Positions 1 through 9,818 of a stretch of DNA of 64,000 nucleotides are shown here, one piece after another. Source of the stretch: Obrimoposthia wandeli (Eukaryota). Below the pieces are notes generated by a model that was given only the letters and a program-made list of their open reading frames with translations, ran no database searches and was not told where the DNA came from. Within the stretch, counting starts at the first letter, position 1. Each line of letters begins with the position of its first letter. The position numbers and the translations under genes are program-made. The stretch covers positions 496,001 through 560,000 of the forward strand of contig CDROCS010001089.1 in the NCBI GenBank assembly GCA_977020255.1, read 5' to 3'.

Positions 1-289
1 TTATAGTTTGGATACAGTCGGCAGAGTCGTTGCGTTTGAAGGGCGGCCAATTAATTTGACTAGCTACGAGTACCGCACCTTAGAGTACTTGATGATGCAT
101 GCAGGCAAAACAGTGTCAAAAGCTGAGTTAACAGAACATCTTTACCATCAAGATTTTGATCGCGATAGTAATGTTTTGGAAGTGTTTATCCGTCGTTTGC
201 GTCAGAAACTAGATCCAGAGCAAACCATGCTACCTATCACAACAGTGCGTGGTTTAGGCTATCGTTTTGATTTGGTATGTACCTCTTAG
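1..289 (+). CDS. OmpR/PhoP-family response regulator, C-terminal winged-helix part (5'-truncated by window edge)
   Basis: The frame is open from the window start. LTSYEYRTLEYLM...SKAELTEHLY...DSNVLEVFIRRLRQKL...ITTVRGLGYRF is a Trans_reg_C signature, and the gene overlaps the downstream kinase. Confidence 0.9.
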   Translation, partial: YSLDTVGRVVAFEGRPINLTSYEYRTLEYLMMHAGKTVSKAELTEHLYHQDFDRDSNVLEVFIRRLRQKLDPEQTMLPITTVRGLGYRFDLVCTS

Positions 290-1644
290 TGATAAAATGG
301 CTTGGAGATAAGTATCAATCGGTTAGATTTCGGTTGATACTTGCTTTCTTTTTTTTAATTGTCGCTGTTTTTAGTGTATTAGGCCTGTATTTAGAGCGGG
401 TACTTAGTGCTCAAAAATACTCTCATTTAACACAACAAATCACCGCTCAAAGTAACGTTTTTATTGCTTGTATAGAAAGCAAAAGCGATGTAGGTGTTGA
501 ATCACTTGATCAATGTGCTCATTTTCAAAATTATTTAAACCCTCATACAAATCTCTTTTTATATGATTTGCAGCAAGAGATGCTCTGGCAGTTCAAACAA
601 CGTTCCACTTCACTGCCCAGCAGCCAAAAAAGGTTAAGCTTAGCTCATAGTGCGTTGCTACAGCCTTCCTCAGCGCTATTAAGAATTGGCGATTATTATT
701 ATTTTAGCCACGCCTTGGACAGTGGGCAACTGCTGGTTTTAAATATTCATAAACAGTGGCTTAATGTTCAGATGGACGCTAGTAGGTGGCAGCTTGGTGT
801 TACTTTATTACTGATAATTTTGGTTTTGCTTGGTGGCTTTGCTGCGATTGTTCAGCGTGGATTGAAACCACTAAGTGAAATGGTCTTAGATTTAGATGAG
901 ATAGCGACAGGTAATGGCAATCAATTAAAAAACGGCCATGCTTCTGAGTTTTATGCGATGAGAAAAAGCTTAAATAACTTACTCAGAGCAGAGCAGATAC
1001 AAAGAGAGAAATACCGAAATACTTTAGCTGACCTCGCACATAGTTTGAAAACTCCGTTGGCCGTTATGCAAGGAGCAGCAAGTGAGAATTTAGATTATCA
1101 AGCTTATTTGAGTGTTGCAAGTGAGCAAATTCGACGCATGGATCAAATCATTCAGTATCAGTTGACGAGAGCAGTGAAAAGCGTTGGTGATGGGGCTAAA
1201 ACTAATGCAGTTGCAGTGACGCCAATCATTGAAAGAATATTATCAGCATTGGGTAAAGTATATCGAGAAAAAGAGGTGCGAGTGGTCCTCAACCTTGAAC
1301 CTGATGTAGAGCTTAACGCTGATGAGCGTGATTTGATGGAATTATTGGGAAATATGCTTGAAAATGCATTCAAGTATTGCCGGTCTGAAGTTGCTATTTC
1401 TTTGTATAATGACCCTGACAATGTTTATATAGACTTGGAAGATGACGGTGCAGGTGTCTCTGAAAACATGCGTAACACTATATTAGAGCGTGGAGAGCGG
1501 GCAGATACTTCAGCAGCGCCAGGGCAAGGCATTGGCTTAAGCGTTTCAGTGGATATTCTTAGCTCGTATAACTGCCGCTTAGAGGTTGAGGATTCATTCT
1601 CTCTTGGCGGGGCAAAATTCAGTATTACCTTTCCTAAGAATTGA
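277..1644 (+). CDS. PhoQ/CarS-like sensor histidine kinase
   Basis: Two TM segments, H-box LAHSLKTPLAV, N-box LLGNMLENAFKY, G1 EDDGAG and G2 GQGIGLS. Confidence 0.88.
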   Translation: MYLLVIKWLGDKYQSVRFRLILAFFFLIVAVFSVLGLYLERVLSAQKYSHLTQQITAQSNVFIACIESKSDVGVESLDQCAHFQNYLNPHTNLFLYDLQQEMLWQFKQRSTSLPSSQKRLSLAHSALLQPSSALLRIGDYYYFSHALDSGQLLVLNIHKQWLNVQMDASRWQLGVTLLLIILVLLGGFAAIVQRGLKPLSEMVLDLDEIATGNGNQLKNGHASEFYAMRKSLNNLLRAEQIQREKYRNTLADLAHSLKTPLAVMQGAASENLDYQAYLSVASEQIRRMDQIIQYQLTRAVKSVGDGAKTNAVAVTPIIERILSALGKVYREKEVRVVLNLEPDVELNADERDLMELLGNMLENAFKYCRSEVAISLYNDPDNVYIDLEDDGAGVSENMRNTILERGERADTSAAPGQGIGLSVSVDILSSYNCRLEVEDSFSLGGAKFSITFPKN

Positions 1645-1683
1645 AGCTAGAGAGCCCTTCAAGAGCTCCCACTGCACAAAAAG

Positions 1684-1989
1684 TTACAGTTTATCTAATT
1701 TTTCATTAACACTATCGATTTTATCTTGAATGGTTTGTGCTTTATCAACACGAGTCCCTAGTTTCATATGACTGGTGATACGCACCGCACCCATCGCATG
1801 TAACTCATCGTGGCAGCGTTTAACAGCGGCCATAACATCATCCCATTCTCCTTCTACATTTGTGCCATAGCTATGCATTTGGTGATTAAGGCCTGCTTGC
1901 TGAAAGATTTTTTGGCAGTGTGCGATAAAAGGTGAAACAGAGAGGCCGACACCGCCGGGTGAAACCATTATATCCATAATGACATGCAT
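1684..1989 (-). CDS. MTH1187/YqgV-family thiamine-binding-like protein
   Basis: 101 aa with SVSPFIA...GLNHQMHSYGTNVEGEWDDVM...RITSHMKLGTRVDK, typical of the family. Confidence 0.85.
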   Translation of the reverse strand: MHVIMDIMVSPGGVGLSVSPFIAHCQKIFQQAGLNHQMHSYGTNVEGEWDDVMAAVKRCHDELHAMGAVRITSHMKLGTRVDKAQTIQDKIDSVNEKLDKL

Positions 1990-2216
1990 TGAAAATTCCT
2001 CGTATGACTTAAAATATCTATTGAGTAAAACGTTCTGAGAATATAAGTTGTTAATTTATACTAAACAATGAAAAAAGAGTTTGGTTCTATCGCCTTTCGC
2101 TAATTGTATCCACAACTGAGTACTTTTTGGTTAGGTCATTAGCCACTGCTAGCGCTTTACTTTAAAATTATTGAAAATAAGTCAGCAAAACCGGGTGGCT
2201 ATGAAGAGGCCTCAAC

Positions 2217-3569
2217 CTATAGATTTTTAGCGAATACTTTAGATTTTCGCTGCAAGTTATAAATTTTCTGTTTCTCTTGTGGTAACTGATCAACACTAAT
2301 TTCTTTAAAGCCTTGCTCTAAAAACCAATGTGCTGTTTTGGTTGTGAGTACAAATAACTCGCTTAAATTTTTGGTGAGCGCGCGTTCTTCAACCGCTTTT
2401 AGTAATACGTCACCTCGGCTGCCGCCTAGGTAGTTTTCGTTAACAGCAATACAAGCTAGTTCGCCGATACTTTCTTGGGAAAAACAATAGAGCGCCGCGC
2501 AGGCAATAATCGCGTTGTCTCTTTCTATCACAATAAATTGCTCAATTTCAGCTTCTAACCGCTCTCTTGATCGCCGCACTAAAATACCCTTTTCCTCCAA
2601 GGGGTTAATCAGTTCAATAATACCGCCAATATCATCTACGTTCGCATCGCGCACTTGTTCGTATGATTCTTCTATAACCATAGTGCCATTGCCGTCTCTC
2701 GTGTAAAGCTCAGCAAGCATGGCGCCATCAATTTTGTAGGAAATCAAATGAGAGCGAGGTACACCCCCATCGCAAGCCTCAATGGCTGTTTCGAGCAAGA
2801 GTGAAATTTCTGTTTGAATTTGGTTTGGGTCTTCAATTTGATTGCGATACTGGCTAAGTAAACGCTGCGCTGTACTACTTAACAGCTCACTACGGGTATC
2901 GCCGCTGCTATCAGTCATGCCTTGCTCTTTACCAAAGAGAATGAGTTTATCAGCTTGTAAAGCCACCGCTGCTTTAGCGGCAACCTGTTCAACGGGTAAG
3001 TTAAACATTTCGCCAGTAGGTGAGTAACCTATGGTAGAGAGCAGCACAATTGAATTTAGATCCAATATATCTTGAATGCCCTGATGATCTATACGTCTTA
3101 CTTCACCTGTGTGACAAAGATCAACGCCATCAAAAACGCCGGCGGGGCGTGCGATAACAAAGTTTCCCGAGGCGAGCCGAATCTTAGCACCGTGCATCGG
3201 CGTGTTAATTAAACCCATAGAGAGCTTCGCTTCTATCAAAGCTCGAATAGAGCCGCTCGCTTCTACTGCACAATGTAAAGTATTAGCGTCGGTTACTCTT
3301 CTGCGATGATGCAGTTGTGCTTGTAAGCCTTGATCTGCTAACTTTTGCTCTATCTGAGGGCGCGCTCCGTAGACTAAAACGAGTCGCAAACCTAAACTAC
3401 TTAGTAGTGCTATATCGTGTATCACATTATCAAAATTAGCATCTTTAACCGCTTCACCACTAAGCATGATCACAACAGTGTTCTTGCGCAGGGCATTAAT
3501 GTAGGGAGATGATTGGCGGAACCAATTCAGGTATTGACTAACGTCAGGCACAGCGAGCTCCAAAAGCAA
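2217..3569 (-). CDS. argA: Amino-acid N-acetyltransferase (N-acetylglutamate synthase), AAK + GNAT domains
   Basis: WFRQSSPYINALR, DIALLSSLG, GYSPTGEMFNL, ELYTRDGNGT, C-terminal GNAT (FVLTTKTAHWFLEQGF, YNLQRKSKVF). The true start may be a few codons downstream. Confidence 0.95.
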   Translation of the reverse strand: MLLELAVPDVSQYLNWFRQSSPYINALRKNTVVIMLSGEAVKDANFDNVIHDIALLSSLGLRLVLVYGARPQIEQKLADQGLQAQLHHRRRVTDANTLHCAVEASGSIRALIEAKLSMGLINTPMHGAKIRLASGNFVIARPAGVFDGVDLCHTGEVRRIDHQGIQDILDLNSIVLLSTIGYSPTGEMFNLPVEQVAAKAAVALQADKLILFGKEQGMTDSSGDTRSELLSSTAQRLLSQYRNQIEDPNQIQTEISLLLETAIEACDGGVPRSHLISYKIDGAMLAELYTRDGNGTMVIEESYEQVRDANVDDIGGIIELINPLEEKGILVRRSRERLEAEIEQFIVIERDNAIIACAALYCFSQESIGELACIAVNENYLGGSRGDVLLKAVEERALTKNLSELFVLTTKTAHWFLEQGFKEISVDQLPQEKQKIYNLQRKSKVFAKNL

Positions 3570-3712
3570 ATAAATGTGCTATTGTGCCGTTTTTAAAAGA
3601 TTAGGTCGAGTAACGATCAGCGCTTAATCATTGAAATGTCTGTTAGTGAAATTTAAAAGGAAAAAGTATCGTGTAATGTGGGGTTAAATTGAAATAATTT
3701 GTCAGTCAGATT

Positions 3713-3865
3713 CATATATGTCCGGTTTAATTTTTGTTGCTCTTTAGCTTATTGATTTTACGCTAACCACAAGTATTATTTGGCTGAAAAAATCCAATTA
3801 ACTATGTTAGAAAACTACAAATCAATGGGTTATAGAGCTTATATCTTTTTAACCGGACAGCAATG
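3713..3865. mobile_element. MITE family A, copy 1 (153 bp, somewhat degenerate)
   Basis: Aligns along its whole length to 45422-45573. Ends are CATATATGTCCGG and CCGGACAGCAATG. Flanks AGTCAGATT / AGTAAGATC match at 7/9 (eroded TSD). Confidence 0.85.
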
Positions 3866-3947
3866 AGTAAGATCGAACAATCTAAATGAGGAGCGCTAAT
3901 GATTTAATTGTCCTTAGCGCATCCCAACTTAGATTCAGGTAATGCTG

Positions 3948-5213
3948 TTAGCTAAAAATGCCTTTGAACATGAAAAAGAACATAATAGATATCGCAGCAC
4001 CTGCTGGTAAAGTGACTACCCAAGAGACAAATATCGTCCCGATGACTTTTAGGTTTAAAGCCGCTAAGCCTCGAGCCAAACCAACACCTAAAACAGCACC
4101 CACTAACGTGTGAGTGGTTGAAATTGGCAAACCCGTTCCAGAGGCTACAACGACGGTGGTTGCAGCAGCTAGTGTTGCGGCAAAGCCGCGTGACGGCGTG
4201 AGTTCAGTAATATTGTTACCAACAGTCGCTATTACTTTGTGGCCGTACATGACGAGTCCTGCAACGATACCCGCACCACCTAATAGCAAAATCCAAGAAG
4301 GCATTACTGATTTCTGTAATACTTCTCCGCCGGCATTAACCACTCCTACAATGGCAGCAATAGGGCCGACAGCATTGGCTACATCATTTGAGCCATGCGC
4401 AAAAGCCATGGCACAAGCTGTGAACATCATTAGCACGCCGAACACTTTCTCGACACTTGAAAAGTGATAATCTTTATCAGCTTGTTTATCTTCTTTAATG
4501 CGGTTGAGCAGTAACTTTCCAAAGACCATCGTTACAAAAGCAATGCCGACTGAAATAAGCGCGCTGTTGATAAAGCTTACATCTAAACCGATATGCTTTA
4601 AGCCTTTAGTAAAGGTTACCATTGAAATAATAAAGCCAACTAAGAAAATATAACCAGGTACATACCTTTGTGCATTCTTAAAAGGATTAGCGGTATCAAG
4701 CACCAGCTTTTGTACGGACCTAAATAAGAAGAAAGCGATAAAGCCTGCGGTGAGCGGAGATACCACCCAGCTGGCCACAATTTTTGCCACTTTAGCCCAG
4801 TTGACAGCATCGGGAGAAATGCCAACAGCCGCAAAGCCCACGATAGCGCCCACGATGGTATGAGTAGTAGAGACGGGCCAGCCATAATAAGTAGCCACTA
4901 ATAACCAAATAGCCGCGGCTAATAATGCTGACATCATGCCAAATATTAATAACTCAGGCGCGCCTGCAAGTATAGATGGATCTATTATACCTTTACGAAT
5001 GGTTGCCGTTACTGCGCCCCCTGCTAAATAAGCACCGGCAAACTCAAAGACAATAGCGATCATTATGGCTTGTTTTAAAGTCAAAGCCTTGGAACCGACA
5101 GAAGTACCCATAGCATTAGCTACGTCATTGGCGCCGACTCCCCAAGCCATAAAGAAACCAAAAACACAGGCCATAATGACAAACATGTCACCGTGTTGAG
5201 CAATAATATTCAT
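3948..5213 (-). CDS. pitA: Inorganic phosphate transporter, PiT family
   Basis: Twin signature motifs GANDVANAMG and HGSNDVANAVG, plus PVSTTH/PISTTH; multi-TM. Confidence 0.95.
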   Translation of the reverse strand: MNIIAQHGDMFVIMACVFGFFMAWGVGANDVANAMGTSVGSKALTLKQAIMIAIVFEFAGAYLAGGAVTATIRKGIIDPSILAGAPELLIFGMMSALLAAAIWLLVATYYGWPVSTTHTIVGAIVGFAAVGISPDAVNWAKVAKIVASWVVSPLTAGFIAFFLFRSVQKLVLDTANPFKNAQRYVPGYIFLVGFIISMVTFTKGLKHIGLDVSFINSALISVGIAFVTMVFGKLLLNRIKEDKQADKDYHFSSVEKVFGVLMMFTACAMAFAHGSNDVANAVGPIAAIVGVVNAGGEVLQKSVMPSWILLLGGAGIVAGLVMYGHKVIATVGNNITELTPSRGFAATLAAATTVVVASGTGLPISTTHTLVGAVLGVGLARGLAALNLKVIGTIFVSWVVTLPAGAAISIMFFFMFKGIFS

Positions 5214-5237
5214 AATTTGAACTCTTAGATTTCGCTA

Positions 5238-5918
5238 CTATTGAGCGATAAGTAATTGAAGTCTTCCGCCTACATCTTGTGCGCGGTCAGCGAGATCTCC
5301 AATCCATGAGATAATCTTATACAAGAAAATAGCATCAATTGGATCGAGCTCTTTTTCTACTTTAAATAAGGAATGACGAATATGGCGTTCTAATTCATCA
5401 GTTTTGTGCTCAAGATCATCAAGCTTTACAATAAGTGCTTCAACTACTTCAACTTCACGGCCGCGAAAACCTGCACCAATCAATTCATCAAGTTCATTTA
5501 AAGCAACTAAAGCTTGATTTGAGGTATCGACAGCGGCTTGCACAAAGGCTAACATTTCTTGCTGTATTGCTAATGGTATCTTGGTTTGTCTACCTAGCAT
5601 AATGCCAGAAATATCTTTTGCACGATTCGCTATTTTATCTTGCATACGCAATAAATTTAACAAATCAGTCCGTGGGACAGGTAAAAATAAACTGCTAGGA
5701 AGGGATTGGCGAATATCTTTTTTGATTTCGTCAGCTTCATGCTCTAAATCAGTGATTTGTAGCTGATATTGCTCTGCTAGTTTCCAATCATTTTCAAAAG
5801 AAGCTTCAAAAAAAGGAATGAGTTGTTCTGCACAATCTTGTGCTTTTGCTATATGTTCTTGCATCGGTTTGAACGGTGATCGTGCAAACATTTGCAAGAA
5901 TGGATTAGTTGCGACCAT
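5238..5918 (-). CDS. TIGR00153/DUF47 PhoU-like phosphate transport regulator
   Basis: FARSPFKPMQEH, LEHEADEIKKDIR, LFLPVPRTDLL, IGDLADRAQDVG; directly upstream of pit. Confidence 0.92.
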   Translation of the reverse strand: MVATNPFLQMFARSPFKPMQEHIAKAQDCAEQLIPFFEASFENDWKLAEQYQLQITDLEHEADEIKKDIRQSLPSSLFLPVPRTDLLNLLRMQDKIANRAKDISGIMLGRQTKIPLAIQQEMLAFVQAAVDTSNQALVALNELDELIGAGFRGREVEVVEALIVKLDDLEHKTDELERHIRHSLFKVEKELDPIDAIFLYKIISWIGDLADRAQDVGGRLQLLIAQ

Positions 5919-5963
5919 AATCCTAAACCTCGTTGGTTATAATTTCGCGAAGTATAAATGCTG

Positions 5964-5981
5964 ATGTCATAAAATTGTAGC
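5964..5981 (+). promoter_or_regulatory. Putative Pho box (PhoB site) between the DUF47-pit operon and the CYTH gene
   Basis: ATGTCATAAAATTGTAGC matches CTGTCATAAAACTGTCAC at 14/18 and lies between phosphate-related divergent genes. Confidence 0.4.
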
Positions 5982-6073
5982 AAAAAGTGGTGCTTTTCTC
6001 ATGTTTATAAGTATAAGCAAACCTAATATACTGAAGTTTAAAGATATCTAACTGATATCTAGGAGTTAATTAA

Positions 6074-6703
6074 TTGAAACAAGAAATAGAGATAAAACTA
6101 AGTATCGCTCCAAACAAAGTTGCAAAGTTATTAAATTGCGATTTTATCACTCAGCTATCGAGTAAGTTTGAAAAGAAGCAGCTAGGAAATGCTTATTACG
6201 ATACTGCTCAGTTAGAGTTAAAAAAGAAGAAGATAGCGTTACGTGTGCGTAACAGTGATGGTAAATATATCCAAACTTTGAAGACGCAAGGGCAAAGTAA
6301 CGATGGACTGCATCAAAGGTTAGAATGGGAGTGGGATTTACCAACCCAACAGCTAGATTGTGCTTTATTACCAGCAGAGCATTGGCCTCAGCAAATTGAT
6401 ACACATCAGTTAAAAGTTATATTCAGCACAAATTTTACGCGCCAGCTTTGGTATTTTGAGCATACTAGCGTTAACGGAGTGAACTCTAGTATCGAAATGG
6501 CTTTAGATCAAGGGTTAGTAGAGACCTTGGGCGTAGATAATACGATAACCATCAGTGAGTTAGAATTAGAGTTAATTAGTGGTGATGCTGTTGCATTACA
6601 AGAAGTTGCACAAATATTATTAAAAGAATGTGCAGACCTGCAAACGAGTGATATTAGTAAAGCGGCCAAAGGATATGCTCTGTTAGCGCAAAAATTTAGT
6701 TAA
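6074..6703 (+). CDS. CYTH-domain protein (inorganic triphosphatase-like, YgiF N-terminal type, no CHAD domain)
   Basis: EIEIKL motif, LGNAYYDT, ALRVR, IQTLKT, RLEWEW, ELELEL, SKAAKGY; upstream of glnE. Confidence 0.9.
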   Translation: MKQEIEIKLSIAPNKVAKLLNCDFITQLSSKFEKKQLGNAYYDTAQLELKKKKIALRVRNSDGKYIQTLKTQGQSNDGLHQRLEWEWDLPTQQLDCALLPAEHWPQQIDTHQLKVIFSTNFTRQLWYFEHTSVNGVNSSIEMALDQGLVETLGVDNTITISELELELISGDAVALQEVAQILLKECADLQTSDISKAAKGYALLAQKFS

Positions 6704-6821
6704 TACTGGTCAACATGTTTGTGTGCAAAGGTTGTGTGTAGAAGATGGATTGAAAGAGATTTCAAGCGTATTAATGTATAAACGCGAGTAGTTTTACTTG
6801 CTGGAAAATCAAAGGAAATAT

Positions 6822-9731
6822 ATGAACAAACCGCATTTAAGCACTATTCCCCAGCAGCTGCATTCATACGTGCAGCAGCAGTGGTACCGCTTACAGCCTT
6901 GTTTTGATTTAGTCACATTATCCAGCGATCAAATCCTCGCGCTGACAAAAGTAGTTGCGACGAGTGATTATGTAGTAGAGCAATTTGTGGCTAAACCTGA
7001 AATGCTCGCGCAGTTAATAGAGTCTCAAGAATTACAGCAAAGCTATAAATCTCATGCATATACTGAAAAACTAGCTTTTCTTTTGCTAAATATTGACGAC
7101 GAAAATTTACTAGGAAGACAGCTACGCTTATTTCGCCATCGTGAAATGGTGCGTTTGATTTGGCGTGATCTGAATCGATTTTCTGATACAAGACAAACCA
7201 TTACTGAGCTAAGTGCACTAGCTGATGCCTGTGTGGATGAAAGCCTTAAAAAGCTTTACGTAATGCTTTGCAATCGTTTTGGTACTCCTTTCTCTAAAGC
7301 AGACGAAGCATCACCTGCAGAGCAGCAGTATTTAGTGGTTTTGGGGATGGGTAAGCTAGGGGCTAATGAGCTGAACTTGTCATCCGATATCGATTTAATG
7401 TTTTGCTATGCAAAGAACGGTGAAACTCAAGGACATAAAAAATCGTTAGATAACCAAGAGTTCTTTATACGCTTAGGTAAAAAGCTAATCCAGGCGCTAG
7501 ATGCGCCAACGGCTGAAGGTTTTGTCTTTAGAGTCGATATGCGTTTACGTCCTTTTGGGAGCGTTAGTCCTTTAGCTTGCAGCTTTATTGCGATGGAAAA
7601 CTATTATCAACAGCATGGCAGGGAGTGGGAGCGCTATGCCATGATTAAAGCACGTGTTGTGGCCGGTGATAGCCCGCAGGCTCAGCAATTGATGGCAGAC
7701 CTAAAACCATTTGTGTATCGCAAGTATATCGATTATTCCGCGTTTGAATCATTGCGAGAAATGAAAGCGATGATAAATGGAGAGGTGAGACGTAAAGGAC
7801 TGACTAACAATGTAAAACTAGGGGCAGGAGGCATTCGCGAAATAGAGTTCGTCGCGCAAGCTTTTCAACTTATTCGTGGCGGAAGAGATAAGCGCTTACA
7901 GCAGCGCGGCTTACTTAGCATATTGCCATTATTACCTGAAACAGTGGGCGTGCCTGAGCAGGTGATAACAGAGCTTCGTGATGCCTATCTTTTTCTGCGT
8001 GACACAGAACACGCGATTCAAGCAGTAGGAGACCGGCAGACACAAGAATTACCTGTCGATGAGCAAGAACTGCTGCGAATAGCGTGTAGCTTAGGTTTTA
8101 GCGATAACCAAAGTTTTTTGCACTGCTTAACAGAGCACCGCAGCCATGTAAGTACACATTTCGCACAAATACTGGCGTCTAGTGAAGATGAAGCTGAAAG
8201 TAGCTCAGATAGCAGTGATTGGCTATTATTGTGGGAGTTAAAGTTATCGCCTGAAGAGGCTGAACAATTGTGTGCAGAAAAAGGTTTTGAGCAAGGGCCG
8301 AAAGCAAGCAAGCTCATTACCGATATGGCAGGCTCGAAAAATGTCAAAATGCTACAACCCATCACAATAGAGCGCTTAAAATTAGTTATCCCTAAGCTGC
8401 TAGCTCAGATCAGTGATAGTGATAACAATATTCAAACATTAGAACGTGTGCTTATTTTGGTCGTTGCAATTTTACGGCGCTCTGCGTATTTAGTGCTGTT
8501 AGCTGAAAACCCCGACGCGTTAAAGCAGCTGGTTAAACTTTGTTCTGCAAGTAGCTGGTTTTCAAATATATTAACAAAGCAGCCAGTATTGCTAGATGAG
8601 CTGATCACTCCGCAAACTTTATATACACCTCCTGGAAAGCTAGCGCTAGATTTTGAGCTGAACCGACAAATGCTGCGCATACCGGAAGATGATGAAGAAC
8701 AGCAAATGGATAGCTTACGCTACTTTAAGCACGCTCATCTTTTGCGAGTGGCCGCGAGTGATATAACAGGTGTTCTGCCGTTGATGAAAGTGAGCGATTA
8801 CCTGACTTGGTTGGCCGAAACTATTTTACAGCGCGTGTTAGATATTGCATGGCATACTTTAGTTGCTAAACACGGAGTTCCCTGCAACAGTGCAGGTGAA
8901 GAGCAGGGGCGAGATTTTATTGTAGTAGGCTACGGTAAAATGGGTGGTATCGAACTTTCGTATGGTTCTGATCTCGATTTGGTTTTTCTGCATGGCAGTG
9001 ATTCAAACGCAATGACAAGCGGCATTAAGTCGATTACCAATGCAGTATTTTTCACTCGTCTAGGCCAGCGAGTTATTCATATCTTAAATACTTTTACAGC
9101 AAGTGGACAACTTTATGAAATTGATATGCGCTTAAGACCTGCCGGAAATTCAGGGATGTTGGTAAGTACTTTAGAAGCATTTGAAGCGTATCAGCTTAAA
9201 AATGCTTGGACTTGGGAGCATCAAGCGTTAGTGAGAGCAAGGGTAATAAGTGGCAGTGAATCATTAAGCCAAGCATTTAGTGTCGTGAGAAAGAATATTC
9301 TAGCAACCAAGAGAGACGATGCGACTTTGTGTACGCAAGTCAGTGAAATGCGTGAAAAAATGCGTAGTCATTTGGGTACAGCACAGCCACAACAAAACAT
9401 GCAGTTTAATCTAAAACAAGACCGTGGTGGTATCGTCGATATAGAATTCATCGTACAGTATTTCTGTTTAGCCTATAGCCATCTATTCCCTAGCATTATT
9501 ACCTATACCGATAACATTCGAATCCTAGATGCGGTGCAATCAGTGGGTTTACTCTGTGAAGAAGATGCACAAAAGTTGCGCGAAGCTTACAAAGCATTCA
9601 GGGCAATGGGGCATCGCCAAGCTATGCAAGAGCAATCTTCTACAATAGAGGTGAGTGCGCTAAAAGAGCATCGTCTGGAGGTGGGTATGCTTTGGGATAC
9701 AATTATCGGTGCTAAGGTGGCTGATGTTTAG
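6822..9731 (+). CDS. glnE: Bifunctional glutamine synthetase adenylyltransferase/adenylyl-removing enzyme
   Basis: Duplicated NT domains (GMGKLGANELNLSSDIDL and GYGKMGGIELSYGSDLDL), RVDMRLRPFG, EIDMRLRPAG, KQDRGGIVDIEF. Start placed at ATG 6822 after the AAGGA RBS. Confidence 0.97.
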   Translation: MNKPHLSTIPQQLHSYVQQQWYRLQPCFDLVTLSSDQILALTKVVATSDYVVEQFVAKPEMLAQLIESQELQQSYKSHAYTEKLAFLLLNIDDENLLGRQLRLFRHREMVRLIWRDLNRFSDTRQTITELSALADACVDESLKKLYVMLCNRFGTPFSKADEASPAEQQYLVVLGMGKLGANELNLSSDIDLMFCYAKNGETQGHKKSLDNQEFFIRLGKKLIQALDAPTAEGFVFRVDMRLRPFGSVSPLACSFIAMENYYQQHGREWERYAMIKARVVAGDSPQAQQLMADLKPFVYRKYIDYSAFESLREMKAMINGEVRRKGLTNNVKLGAGGIREIEFVAQAFQLIRGGRDKRLQQRGLLSILPLLPETVGVPEQVITELRDAYLFLRDTEHAIQAVGDRQTQELPVDEQELLRIACSLGFSDNQSFLHCLTEHRSHVSTHFAQILASSEDEAESSSDSSDWLLLWELKLSPEEAEQLCAEKGFEQGPKASKLITDMAGSKNVKMLQPITIERLKLVIPKLLAQISDSDNNIQTLERVLILVVAILRRSAYLVLLAENPDALKQLVKLCSASSWFSNILTKQPVLLDELITPQTLYTPPGKLALDFELNRQMLRIPEDDEEQQMDSLRYFKHAHLLRVAASDITGVLPLMKVSDYLTWLAETILQRVLDIAWHTLVAKHGVPCNSAGEEQGRDFIVVGYGKMGGIELSYGSDLDLVFLHGSDSNAMTSGIKSITNAVFFTRLGQRVIHILNTFTASGQLYEIDMRLRPAGNSGMLVSTLEAFEAYQLKNAWTWEHQALVRARVISGSESLSQAFSVVRKNILATKRDDATLCTQVSEMREKMRSHLGTAQPQQNMQFNLKQDRGGIVDIEFIVQYFCLAYSHLFPSIITYTDNIRILDAVQSVGLLCEEDAQKLREAYKAFRAMGHRQAMQEQSSTIEVSALKEHRLEVGMLWDTIIGAKVADV

Positions 9732-9764
9732 TACGTTCATGATGATAGGAAAATATTAGCTAGG

Positions 9765-9796
9765 CTAGCTTGATGTGATAAGTAACATCAAGCTAG
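9765..9796. terminator. Hairpin between convergent glnE and ilvE (likely bidirectional terminator)
   Basis: CTAGCTTGATGT-8 nt-ACATCAAGCTAG, a perfect 12-bp stem. Confidence 0.6.
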
Positions 9797-9818
9797 TAAC
9801 ATAATAGCTGTTTAGATT

